Below are positions 46,901-58,400 of a DNA stretch of 64,000 bases, in pieces; position 1 is the stretch's first letter, and the number at the start of each line of letters is the position of its first letter. The position numbers were made by a program, and so were the translations under genes. Origin of the DNA: Phallusia mammillata. Lineage: Eukaryota. Where the stretch lies: NCBI GenBank assembly GCA_965637545.1, contig OZ281500.1:7440001-7504000 (forward strand), read 5' to 3'. The notes under the pieces were generated by a model. The model was not told the DNA's origin, did no database searches, and saw nothing but the letters and a program-made list of their open reading frames with translations.

Positions 46901-48176
46901 ACAAGTGTTTTTGTTCTTAGTGCTGGTCAACCATTTAAAGAAAATTATATTTGTTGTTATTTTTTAGAATAAAACTGAAGAAAACTTTATGTTTTGTTGC
47001 TTCGCACTCTATGCTAAAGTCGTGTCGTTTGATTTACTATATGTGAAATGCGTTTTGACTACAGAACCGCATTGCGTAACGGAAGATGGCCAAGTTCGGC
47101 TTGTGGGAGAAGTTTGGACAAAAACTCATCACTCGCACGAAAACCTTAGTTGGCGCTGTTCCTGTCGGGCACACGGCGACAAAGAATGCAGAGATATTGG
47201 TGAGTAACTGTATTCAACACCTTCATAAGTTAAAGATTGCCACCCTTTTTCCCGAAAACTCTGATTACAGTAAAACTCGGTTAACCCACATCCGTTTGGA
47301 CCAAAAAAATGTATCTGGATAAGGCAAAGATCCTGATTTACCGATTTCTAAAAGATGTTTTTTGAACGTGGTAAATGCCCTTCGTTATTAATGAATGTAT
47401 GTTTCTGGTAGGTTACTGTGAGGATCCTCATCCTCCACCCAATGGGGGTTTGGTTTGTGTTGTTGCTGGAAAATCAAGCCCTAAACAGTCAACATACTGC
47501 AAACCCATGTGTGCCCAGGTATGAACATTTCAAACTGCATGGTATTGGTAAATTCTCATAACTATTCATAAATTTAGACATCTGGTAGAAAAAAGTCAAA
47601 TAATTTATTCTATAACCACATTTGGCTGGCTATTTACTATCTCAAGTAATTTTCCACCAGACCAGGACTTGAGTTGTTTTGAGATGTATTTGCTCGAATT
47701 GTCAGTAAAGTTTATTTTTTGGTGTAAATTTTAGGGATTCGATTTTGTCAACACCCAGCGCATTTATCGGATATGGGAAGTTTGTAATCACGTGACAACG
47801 CACAGGTGGTCTGGCGGCTACGCTGAAGATTCCTTACTTATCGGAAAATGCCAAAGTAAGTGAAATTTATTTGGGTATGGTGACCTGCGATATAAGTCTT
47901 GCCTAATATCAAACATATCTTACTTACAGGAACATCCCGAGAACGCGGAAGACGGTCTTTGTATTTGCCCACTGCTGATTGCTTGCGATTGTCACGGTAT
48001 CAAATACAAGAGGTAAGCTTAACAATAATAATCTTAAGGCAGAACAATGGGATTTTTACCTTGGTTTTTATTTGCAGATAAAGCAGGAGTTTATTCAACT
48101 ACTTCATGCTAATGGCTTGTGTGGAAACAAGTGCCAAGCAAAGTTCTTTCGTTGCGGCGATCGTACCTCTGAATAA
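43908..48176 (+). CDS. Secreted protein with fibronectin type I (FN1) module array and C-terminal sushi-like cysteine-rich region (~405 aa, 11 exons)
   Basis: Exons 43908-44009, 44281-44410, 45091-45240, 45754-45876, 46324-46445, 46587-46632, 47065-47199, 47412-47518, 47735-47855, 47930-48012, 48078-48176 (1218 nt, frame-consistent; exons 5-6 least certain). Signal peptide, KKREKR, four C-x9-13-W-x10-13-CxC-x7-12-C FN1 modules, then CEDPHPPPNGGLVC...CKPMCAQGFDF...W...C. Confidence 0.82.
44488..44987. mobile_element. hAT MITE (Buster/Charlie-like)
   Basis: TIRs CAGTGGTTCCCAACCT / AGGTTGGGAACCACTG; perfect TSD gcctagat. Confidence 0.93.
45344..45626. mobile_element. Degenerate hAT MITE
   Basis: Termini TAGTGATTCTCAAA / TTCGAGAACCACTT; TSD atataaac/atatcaac. 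Confidence 0.7.
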
Positions 48177-49059
48177 CAGCAATTGTCGCAGAAGCAGAAA
48201 ACCTATATGTACAGAGTGACATTATAATGTGACGTTTATGAGCTTGAGTGAATACAGGTGCAAATTGTTGCCGCTACACCAACGGCCTTGGAGAAAGCTT
48301 TCGACCAAAGAAATAACAATGGCAATGTTCCAAACGAATTATGTGCAGCTATGCTAAACTATAAGTTTTTGTGTTCTTTTATTTGTAAATTTTGGTATAT
48401 GTTTTACCGTAGATAACTATGGTTTTACTTTGCTGCATGTCGTACGTTGATCGTGTTAAATTTAACTGTTATGGATTGTACTTACCAGCAAATAAAAAAT
48501 AATACTCAACCAGTTTTGATTGTTACGCATCAGTGGAAACAGCTGTTTCCCAGACCATATGTTGACAACCAATTCAGTATTTGCAAAACCCTTTTAGAAA
48601 TAGTGTTATGTTATCAAACCCAAAACAAGCTCGCGAGCGGAAAAGTAAACACCCGTCGTCCAGCTGTTTTATATTGATCGCAATTTCATCATTAAATTTA
48701 ATGTTGCGCGTAACAGAATTGAAATATTATTGGCAAATTAACGATGTACGTCGAAAGACCTGTGGTAAAAACTTTTTGGTTGTATTGGGCAAATTTATGC
48801 GAGTCCAGAACTACTCGTTGCATTCATTACTGTCAAACTGGTTTTAAACCGTCTCCTTTGTGGTAAATTTGAATAAAAAAGTCTCAAAAACTACTCAATC
48901 ACTGCATAATAGCCTATGATTTCATATTTTTGCTGTAATCTAGGATGCATTTGTTGTAAGCTGTGTCTCGATATGAATTTGTGAAGTGATTTTCTAAATT
49001 ATTAAAGATTAGTTAAATACTTATTTCAACATTTACACACAACTGCATTTGTACATTAA

Positions 49060-51219
49060 ATGGATTTATTGGATTTTGAAAAACCACTGGAATCTGAAGA
49101 TTACTACAAAATTATTGGATGCACTGAATTGTCAACAGTGAGTTGGTTTTGTTCTTTGTGGTAATCAGTACAAGAAACTGAATGTTAGGTAATATTTAGG
49201 TTAAATTTGTCTTAGTATGACTTTTTATTTAGCAAAGGAAACATTCAATAACTAATTTTTTTGATTGGCAAATAAGTTAACTAAGGTACTTTTGTGTCCA
49301 GCAACAATATGTAACTAACATTCAGTAGTTATTTGCATCAGTATTCAATTGGTGCAATACCAGTGTAGTATTAAGGACCCTGACTGGTCAAGCTGTGACC
49401 TATACCCTTTCTTGACTGTGACTTTGTACAAACATTTCATATTGTTTTCACCACAGACAGAACAAATTCTTACAGAATATAGAATTAAAGCAAAAAAGTT
49501 CCATCCTGACAAAAACCCTTCAGATCAAAATGCTGCATCAGAATTTGCAAAACTTCTGGAGGCTAAGGATGTCCTAACTGATCCTGAGGTTGAAAAAATA
49601 TGTTATGTTACTGGTCTAAAAGAAAACTAACCCGTATATGTCTGGCGAACAGTTTACGCTTTTATGTCAATCACCACCTATAAATGATTTGCTTAGTCAA
49701 TTTGTTTGATACTGTTAACTAGAACAGGGCTACTCAAACTTTCTTGCTCTGCGACCCTATTTTAAAACAAATTTCTATGCGACCCCTTGATGGGGGCACA
49801 ACCTTTTTGCTATGACGGCCGCATCACAGATCTTTAATTCACCTACGGCTGCCTACTTGATTGTGATTTAAAATTACTGATGTGAAGAAATACTTAAAGC
49901 CTAAATTAATTTCTAACTTGATACACAGATTGTCTTGGCTTTTATGATGGCATAATCTATATTGTGACGCTTGTGGCATCTGCTTTTTTGCATTGTTTCC
50001 ACACAATAGGCATAAAAAAGTCTGGCACATTTGGCTACTAGGCTGATAATGTTCTTTTAGTTACACAAAATGTGTTCAAAGCAGTTCGAAAATATATTTG
50101 GCAAAATAATTTTTATTCATGTCATGGCCACCAGTACATATATTCTAATAAACATGTTTAAGCCTGCAGGCTGTGCACCCCTGGTATAGCCTATACACGG
50201 GAATGATGTTTGAACAATAAATTTATGCATGAAGTCCAGACCCACAGTTTGAGAAGCCCTGAACTAGAATATGCTGTTACGAAAAGTCATACAAACATTT
50301 TGTTTGGGATTTACAAATCAGTTGTGTTTCAGAGAAGAAAAGAGTATGAACAGTGGAAAAACAGTGGGTTGCAAATCTCTTTTAAAAGATGGAAATCATT
50401 AGGAGGATCACTGAAAATGGTGTGGCAGGTTCTATGTGTACTACAATATTATTACCAGTAGTAATGTTACAATTCGTTTTACTGTAGGATAGGTCATTTT
50501 GTTGTACAGTATTTGATTTATATGACTGCAAAATTTCTGTCATTTTGTCACCTATTTTTACAGTGTTTTACTATAAGCTTCCAGAATTTAGCCCACTGGG
50601 TCAAGTAATTGATCATTATTGGAATCTGATGGTGTTTGAACAAGTTGTACAACAAAATGTTGTCTTTGTATCAACTTCTAATAGCCCTGTACAATTTAGA
50701 CAGTTTGTACAACAAACCTTTGCAATGTGAAAGACCCTTTAAACCCAGCAACTACTGTTGGCCTGATGATGTGAAGAAAAATCTACTACAGCTGATTTGA
50801 AAACCAATTCATTTTTAGTAAATTATGCTACATCATGCAACCTTTCATTTGTGTAACATACACTAAGGGCCCATTTGTGTAACATAAAAAACCTAAGGGC
50901 CCATTTGTGTAACATAAAAAACCTATTGTGAAATGAAATAGTACAGTAAATATGCATGCTCACTTTCTAACAGTAAAACTTTTAAAATATTTTTTACAGT
51001 CCATGCATTGGGCCACAAAATCAACCAACAAAACTCCAATGGTTTCAGATGGAAAAGGTACTACAGATATAGTATATGTGTTGGAATATGAACTTTGTCT
51101 TTATGTACGATCTTTGTAATATAGAAGCAGAGCCATCTAACAGCATGCATCTCCAAACCAGCTCAGGACCACTGCCCTTTTCAGACACTCTTAAAAAGTT
51201 TCGAAACTATGAAATTTAA
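49060..51219 (+). CDS. DNAJC12: DnaJ homolog subfamily C member 12 (~149 aa, 5 exons)
   Basis: Exons 49060-49137, 49457-49588, 50333-50419, 51000-51057, 51125-51219. J-domain DYYKIIGC...HPDK, then SMHW and the C-terminal KFRNYEI signature. Confidence 0.93.
49725..50261. mobile_element. hAT MITE in DNAJC12 intron 2
   Basis: TIRs CAGGGCTACTCAAACT / AGTTTGAGAAGCCCTG; perfect TSD aactagaa. Confidence 0.9.
50846..50924. repeat. ~30-bp tandem repeat (about 2.5 copies) in DNAJC12 intron 3
   Basis: CTAAGGGCCCATTTGTGTAACATAAAAAAC repeated twice, preceded by a partial copy. Confidence 0.85.
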
Positions 51220-52424
51220 GTTTTTATAGCTTTTAAACCTCCCATTTTTCATTTTGTAGGGCCATTTTTTCACCAATGAATGGTAAATTTGTTAGCCTTT
51301 TGTGCAACAATTGGCAAAATTTTGTAAAGGTGTGCAAAATTGGGGTGCTGCAGAAAATTTGATGCAAATTTTACAATCAAAATCACCATGGGGTTAAATG
51401 AGAGAAAAATATGCAGAAAACTTTTGCTTTAAATCATTGGTTTCTAAACTGTGAAGTGATAAGCAAACGACTTTCAGACAGTCTGCAAATATACTTTGGT
51501 TGTATAACTTTAGACTCACTGCTTTGAACTATTGATTATTATTGTGCAATATGTGTCTTATGTTCCAATACACTTTGAATGCTTACTTTTATTAGCAATA
51601 CAAAGTCACATAACAAATATTTATGGTGCAAATCAATGCTGCAATTTTAAAACCATAAGAAAGTGTGTATGGGATCATATGAAAACTAATCTAAGCCTAT
51701 GTTGTATTCAGAAAAAAAATACAGTAAAGATGACAGTTTATCTTATTTTCCACAGATTTATATAAAAATGTTTACAGAAACTGGCATGATTTGGCGAATA
51801 CATAACACAGTGCATAACGTTGTGTAAAACCACAACAAATATATTTTTGAGGATATTGTCCACCCAATAGTCACCACATATATTAGCACCTAACAAAAAA
51901 GGTGTCGAGTGGTGGTGATTTCAAGGTAGAGGGAAATGATGACATATTCACAAACAATTCATACACAATAAAAGTAGTATTGTTTTACTCAATAGCGGTA
52001 TTTAAAAATAGTGGAAAAACAGAACCATAAATAAGAATACCCTTTCTAACAGCGATGCTAAAAAATGAGCACCGACCGTGCAAACTTGAGGCATCTTGTA
52101 TTGATTATATTTGACAATAACATTTTTGCCATTCAATGCTGCTCAGATTGCACTGGCAAACAATATCAAACTGTAATGGTACAAAGCACATGACCACAAA
52201 ACTTTTAACAACTTGAATGGCAAAATATTTGAGGTAGTTAAGGTAAGTCTTACATAAGACAACATGAGACGGAAACGGTCTTATTTTCAAGACAATAATA
52301 ATACAATCAACAATGATCGCCATATGCCCCCACAATGTTACAGTCCACGCCCGCACGCTGCATGTTTTCCAACTTGGATGGCTTGAAGTTTTGCTGCTTT
52401 TTTCAGCACAACAATGCTTACATG

Positions 52425-55400
52425 CTAGGAGCCCTGTTGTTCCCCTAACCATTTTGGAACTGGCTTGTTCATTGATTTGAGCATCTGAAGTAACTTGGTA
52501 TTGGCCACTTGATAGTACTTTGTCAGGAACATTTGACTCTTAAAAATAATTACAGTCAATTTTTAGTAAGATTTCAAAATATTTGCATTGAAAGTGCATT
52601 GAATAAAAACCCTTTTTGTTAGTATAGAACTTTTTTATTACTTTGTTTATGCAGGCAGTAATAAAGATCGTTTTAAATGTATCCATATACCTTGTCATCC
52701 ATGTCAGGATATAACCTTCCTTTGCTTTTGCCGAGACATTTTAATCTTTTTTGTTCCGTCACCTGGCAGAAGAATCCCTTTTTCTGGTCAAACCTACAAA
52801 ACAAGTGTTTCTTGTTTGTTCAAAATTTAAATCAAGCACTTTAGAAAGATAGAATCAGCATTTGTTGCTTAATTTGTGACAATTTGGTTTGATACCGATT
52901 TCATTGTATTGCGTTCTACTTACTTTAGCTTTTTACTGTAATCAATGATATTTTTGAATCCCAAAGCTTTCTGAACATGCTGCATGACCACAGCTGGTTT
53001 TTCTTTCAGCATTTCCCCATCCACAATAACAATCTGTAAAAACGGTAAGCAAACACATATTTTAGTAGCCCATGAAAAGAACATTAAACCTAAATAATAA
53101 TGTTTAACGCCTACTGAGGGGCAAAGTGACATGCATTGATTTTGATGCAATAAATATTTTTTTCACTCTTTTACCAGCAAAATGTACAGACAGTAGCAAG
53201 ATATGACCAATCAATCATGATTGATTTGAGAACAACAACTGTGTCACAGTGGCGTAGCCAGATTTTCAAAGTTGTTTATTGAGAAACTTGAATTTAGTGT
53301 AGTTTCGTCTCTCAACTATCAAAGGAATATGTAAATTACTAAAGATGATTGTTGTCACCAAGTTGTTAGCCGAAATCCATGCTTTATATATATTTATGCA
53401 GACATGGAATAAATCAGTAAATAAAAAGCATGTCTTACGCCGAGCGTTAGCAAAAATTGGTAGTGGACAACAAATTATTTGGCCCCTCCCAAAATTTTCG
53501 GCTGCCTACGCCACTGCTGTGTCACGATATTCGTTTCATTTTACATCAAACAAAACATGTTCACATGCATTTTACACACCTGATCGGAACGGCGTCCATC
53601 CGTCCACCTTTCCAAGTGATAAGCGTAAAAGCCAGGATCGAGACACCGGCGTTGAAGAGAAATCAAAGCAGAAGGTGACCCTTGTCGCTTGGCGTTGACA
53701 ACTTGGTAAAAACTGTACTTGAGTGCCGTTGGATCGTCATGAGATCGCATATGCTGCAAAATACCGACAAAATGAGACAACCCGTGAAGCAAATGTTCGC
53801 ACGACTCATTCGAAACATGTTTCAAACATATCATTTTTTACGAGTTCGTCGTTTGTTTGCTGTACCCAGTGATAAAAGTATAATAATTTTGATCTAGCAT
53901 TTATTGTTATCTTACTGAAATTTCAGTCGTATTTGTAACAAAGTCTTAAAAACGAAAACAACATTTGAAGGCCAAATGACGTAAGAACGTCACTAAAACA
54001 AGATTTTATGCGAATATGAAGGTTAGGGATTTTATAATATGTTTATGATATAGACCAGTGGTTCTCAACCAGGGCCCATGGCTCCCCAGGGGGGGCACGG
54101 ATGTAGATTCACCAGAAACGCCCACTAAAAGCCCTTTTCTTATATTCTTTGTTCCCTAATTTAATCGACTTTTTCACATACTATTTGTCTATATTGAGGT
54201 TTTACACGATTATAGATTCTTGTTTACTCTATTCGGCCTGTTTAAACTGAATTTCAGTAGTACCGATGTTCAACACAAGTTTCATTTATTAAGGGGGCCA
54301 CGAGGCCCAAAAGTTACTTTTAGGGGGGCACCGTCCACGAAAGGTTGAGAACCACTGATATAGACGATAGTTTTTTGTTTCGGACCGTTCCGGTTTACTG
54401 ATATAAATACTGGTCACAGTGGAAAGTACACCAAACCATCAGAAGCCTGTTTTACCTGATACCAGGAGTAGGCTCGCTTCGCCGGATCGATTAATATGAC
54501 AACCACGTGACTTTTAGGTAAGAGGGCAGCCACGCGACGTGGGACGACCTCTTGATCAAAATATGTCGCACTCTTCTCAAACAGAATTGTGTCGATGGAC
54601 GGAACAGGAAAATAGTCCATGTACCTAAGTAATGTAAAATCATGTTACAGAACAAAGGCCAAATTGTAACTTAATTTAATTATGCTTCAATTTTATAGTG
54701 GTGTCAACTAGCCAACATAAAGCAGTCACAGACTGGTTTACGTTGCTGACTGCTGAGTTTAATTACAACACTACTGATTTAAATAGTTGACAGAAAAGAC
54801 ATTAGTTTTTACTGTTTTGGCATATCTATTTAGCCTATAGCAGTGGTTCCCAAACTTTTTCATATTTTTTTCAAAACGGTCCCTTTGCCATTATTTAGAG
54901 GGCTCGCGGTCCTTAAGCCTAAATGTGTATTTCATAAAAACGAAAGTTGATTGAAGTATTTTAGCTAGTTATGCAAAATTGCGCATAACAATCATCCAAA
55001 GACAGCATTTGACATCACAAACAGGACAAAAAACATTACGATTATGCGCGAACAATTGCATTTTTGATAGTTGTCATTCAATAAAGGCCATTGTTTAGCA
55101 ATGGAGACAGTCGATTCTCAATTCTACTTTGATTTAAACTTATTTAGTGGCACAAACTGACGCCAAATAAGATTATAGAATTACTTCAACCGCTTCGCGG
55201 TCCCCCCAAAATTGCCTCACGGACCCCAAAAGGACCGCGGACCCCAGTTTGGGAACCGCTGGCCTATAGGTTTGTTAAAAATGAAATGCTTTGTCTTGGC
55301 TGGTGTTTCGACAAGCATCGTTATTCAAAAGAGTTTCTTTGTTAGGTAACTAGTCGTGTGATGTGCATTAAAACTTAATTTCAAGACACAATGGATCAGC

Positions 55401-58400
55401 CAGTTTCGCTTCCAACATTAATCCATACACACTTTACCGAGAGTGCTTACCAATCAATGCCCTTGTAGTAGTTTGCACCACTGAAGAATTGGACTTCCTC
55501 GAAAGTCTTGTCGCTCGGTCGATTGCTTTCAACATCCGGGTGCATATTCAGAAACCAGTAAAGTGCCGTTGTACCTAAAAACCAACACAATGGCATTTTT
55601 TCAAGGCAAAACTATCTTTTCAGAATACGTTTAAGTTAACGAAGTTTTAAAATGAAACAAATACATTTATTCACAAATACTTTAAAATGGAATGCTTGGT
55701 GTTGTTAGAAGTTATGAAAACAAGCAATTTGGAAAGGTTATGCAGATTTTGAAGAGTGTACCTGTTTTTTGCGGACCAACAACAACAAAGTTTGGGAGTC
55801 GATCGCATGTTTTGTCTTCAGAATAAATTTCCTTGTGACGTTTGTCCAAACACGGATTCTGAAATATTAGTAGAAGTTATAACACTTTATTTAAAACTCT
55901 TTTACGGAGTCAAATACGAAACCAAAAAAACACCCCGTTCATTCGCCCTTAGCCACTTGTTTTCTGTTGCAGAATACAATACTAACACTAGAAAGGTGGT
56001 TTTCCTATATATTTCCATTTTACAAATTCTGTATCTCACTTACTGTACACACCGTTTCAATATTAACGTATTGACTATCTATTAACATGATTGTCCCCCA
56101 TACGGCTTTTAAAGAAGAAAACGCAGACAGTATAATAGACACTGAAAAACTAAGAAGCGAATGGGACCCATAAAAACCCTTGTAAGAAATATGTTCGTCA
56201 AAATTTGAAGAGACTCACAGTCCACAGAGGATCCTTTTCCTCAGGATAAAGTTCGAAGTACTTGCGTCCCACCACCTCCGGCGGATCGTAGCGCAGTTGA
56301 AGGTTGGTCCAGCACTGCACGAATTTGATGGCACGGCGAAACGTATAAATTGCCAATCGGTCGTTTCCGTAGTTCGACAAATGCGTCATATAGATGTTAA
56401 ACTGAAAAAAAAAAAAAAACAGACCTAAAAATCATACATATTACACCATCAAGGCTAAATTAATACAACCAAATTTCGAAAAACGTGAATTTATAGCCAT
56501 AATATTCCTCAAATAACGCATAAAAATGGATTGAAGTGGGCTGTATATTCTTTGTTTGCCAAAAAGCGTACCTGATTAAATAGAAATGTTTGAAAGAGCA
56601 AGCCGCCGTTAATATTCTCATGTAGGGTTGTGGGTCCGCCCGGATATTTGTCCAAAATCATGGTGTGTGTAAACAGACCGCACGTCTGTCGCGGCAAGAC
56701 CTGAAACAAGAAATCTACATTTATTTACAAGCCGCAGCGTTTTACGTTTCAGTTTATCGTCACTGAAACGCTTGTATGGATTTCAGTACTTCGGTCGCTT
56801 TGTTTGAGGCGCCATGCTACAGGTGAAATCCAAGGCTTTTTTGTTTTTGGTGTTTATTGCGACTTAACCGATGCTATTAACGTCATTTATTTGTTCATGA
56901 AAATGAATTTATTCAGAAATGAAATGCTCAATAAAGGTACAACTGATCAATAAACGCACTATTCCAAAAATACAACCAAAGTTTCAACAGCTAATTCTAA
57001 CCCCAAAGTGGTAAAACATAGGTAGCGTGTCCTCGTGGGTGAAATCCACTTTCTGAAATTGTACCTGTTAAGTCAACACTTTAATATTGCTTGCTGTTTC
57101 GTAAAACGGTGGATTTCTGAATAAACCTTAGTGGCCCACGATTGACATTCGTACCTTGGAAAAATGGTGACAATGTTTCAGATTCGTGGTATTTAAGGCG
57201 GAAACCACTTCTCTTTACGTTTAATGTGTTTAATACCATGTCATATCATTCGAATTACTTGGCAGGCAGAATCGATTTCGCTATGGGAATAATACTGAAG
57301 TTACTCTTGGCACAGTGGTTCCTTCTTTAGTAAAAAAATGGTTACACGATCAAATTCGAGCCACAGGTTAAAGTTTACTTGGCGGCCCTGTATGTGTAAT
57401 AATATTGTAGCGCTGTTGTTTGTGAAATCTTGCAATTACAAATCCTGTACTTTCACTTTACCTTTATGCTGTCGTGTATAAAGCCTCTTCTCTTATGATC
57501 AGGTCGTAAGTGTGGGTATTCCTCAGTACTGGTTGTGGTAATATTCCATATCCTGTGCCAGCAATCGTACAAAGGCTGATGCACAGGGTAGACCCCTGCA
57601 TGGTGCGGCGAAACGGCATATCCGTGGGACATGTTCAATTTATGTCGCTACAAAAAACAACAACATTTAACGCAGGGGTGGGCAACCTTTGTTACTGTAG
57701 GGCCAATTATAAATGTCAAAATTGTATCGAGGGCCGCACATGTGCATCACACAAAGTGATTTTGCTTTGTTTCTTACCAAATATGTATAATTCGTATTTG
57801 ATTCTAGCCACATTTTGCCAGTTTGCAGAAAACTAGCATCAGGCGCATTAATCACCTTAAAAATATGTAATAATTGGACTCGTTTGCCAGTATTTTCGAA
57901 ATCCAAGCGTCCCTCAGGTTCCCCACCCCTGATTTAACGGGTCAGCAAAAACTTAATAGCAAAGTAGCTGTTTGACAAGTTCAGATTTTAAACCCAAAAT
58001 TCACATAGCATGTTAGTGGTGTGCAGCCCCTTAATCGCGTTGGTATTGATTTTGCACTGCAGCAAGCTTATCGCCACATTCGACAATAATCAATACATAA
58101 GCTTTACAACAGCATGTGGAAACACTTTCGTAAACATTCCGCTTAATACAGGGTTAAAACCAAAGCCTGAAATTATGGGAGAAATACATATGAACTGTTG
58201 TTGCCAGGAATAATGTACAAACTAAATACGACCCTTATACTAAAGATTTTGTTTTTAGGAAATACTTTATGAAACAAAGCTTCGACGCTACTTACCACAG
58301 CAAATTGTCTGTTGATGTCCATGTAGCTGCAAAGCTGGCTTACATTTTTAAACCAGTGTGCTTGCATGTGTGACCACATATGTGGGAACCATTGAAATTT

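Noticed and set aside
47266-47330. TA-CAGTAAAACTCG start resembling a pogo/Tigger MITE terminus
   Set aside because: No matching second TIR found; too weak to annotate.
48150-48176. Integrin-binding motif in the FN1 protein
   Set aside because: The sequence is RCGD (and HGD elsewhere), not RGD.
50762-50795. CTGATGATG...CTGA in a DNAJC12 intron as a C/D snoRNA or hammerhead
   Set aside because: Boxes are only ~30 nt apart with no terminal stem, and there is no convincing stem II before GAAA.
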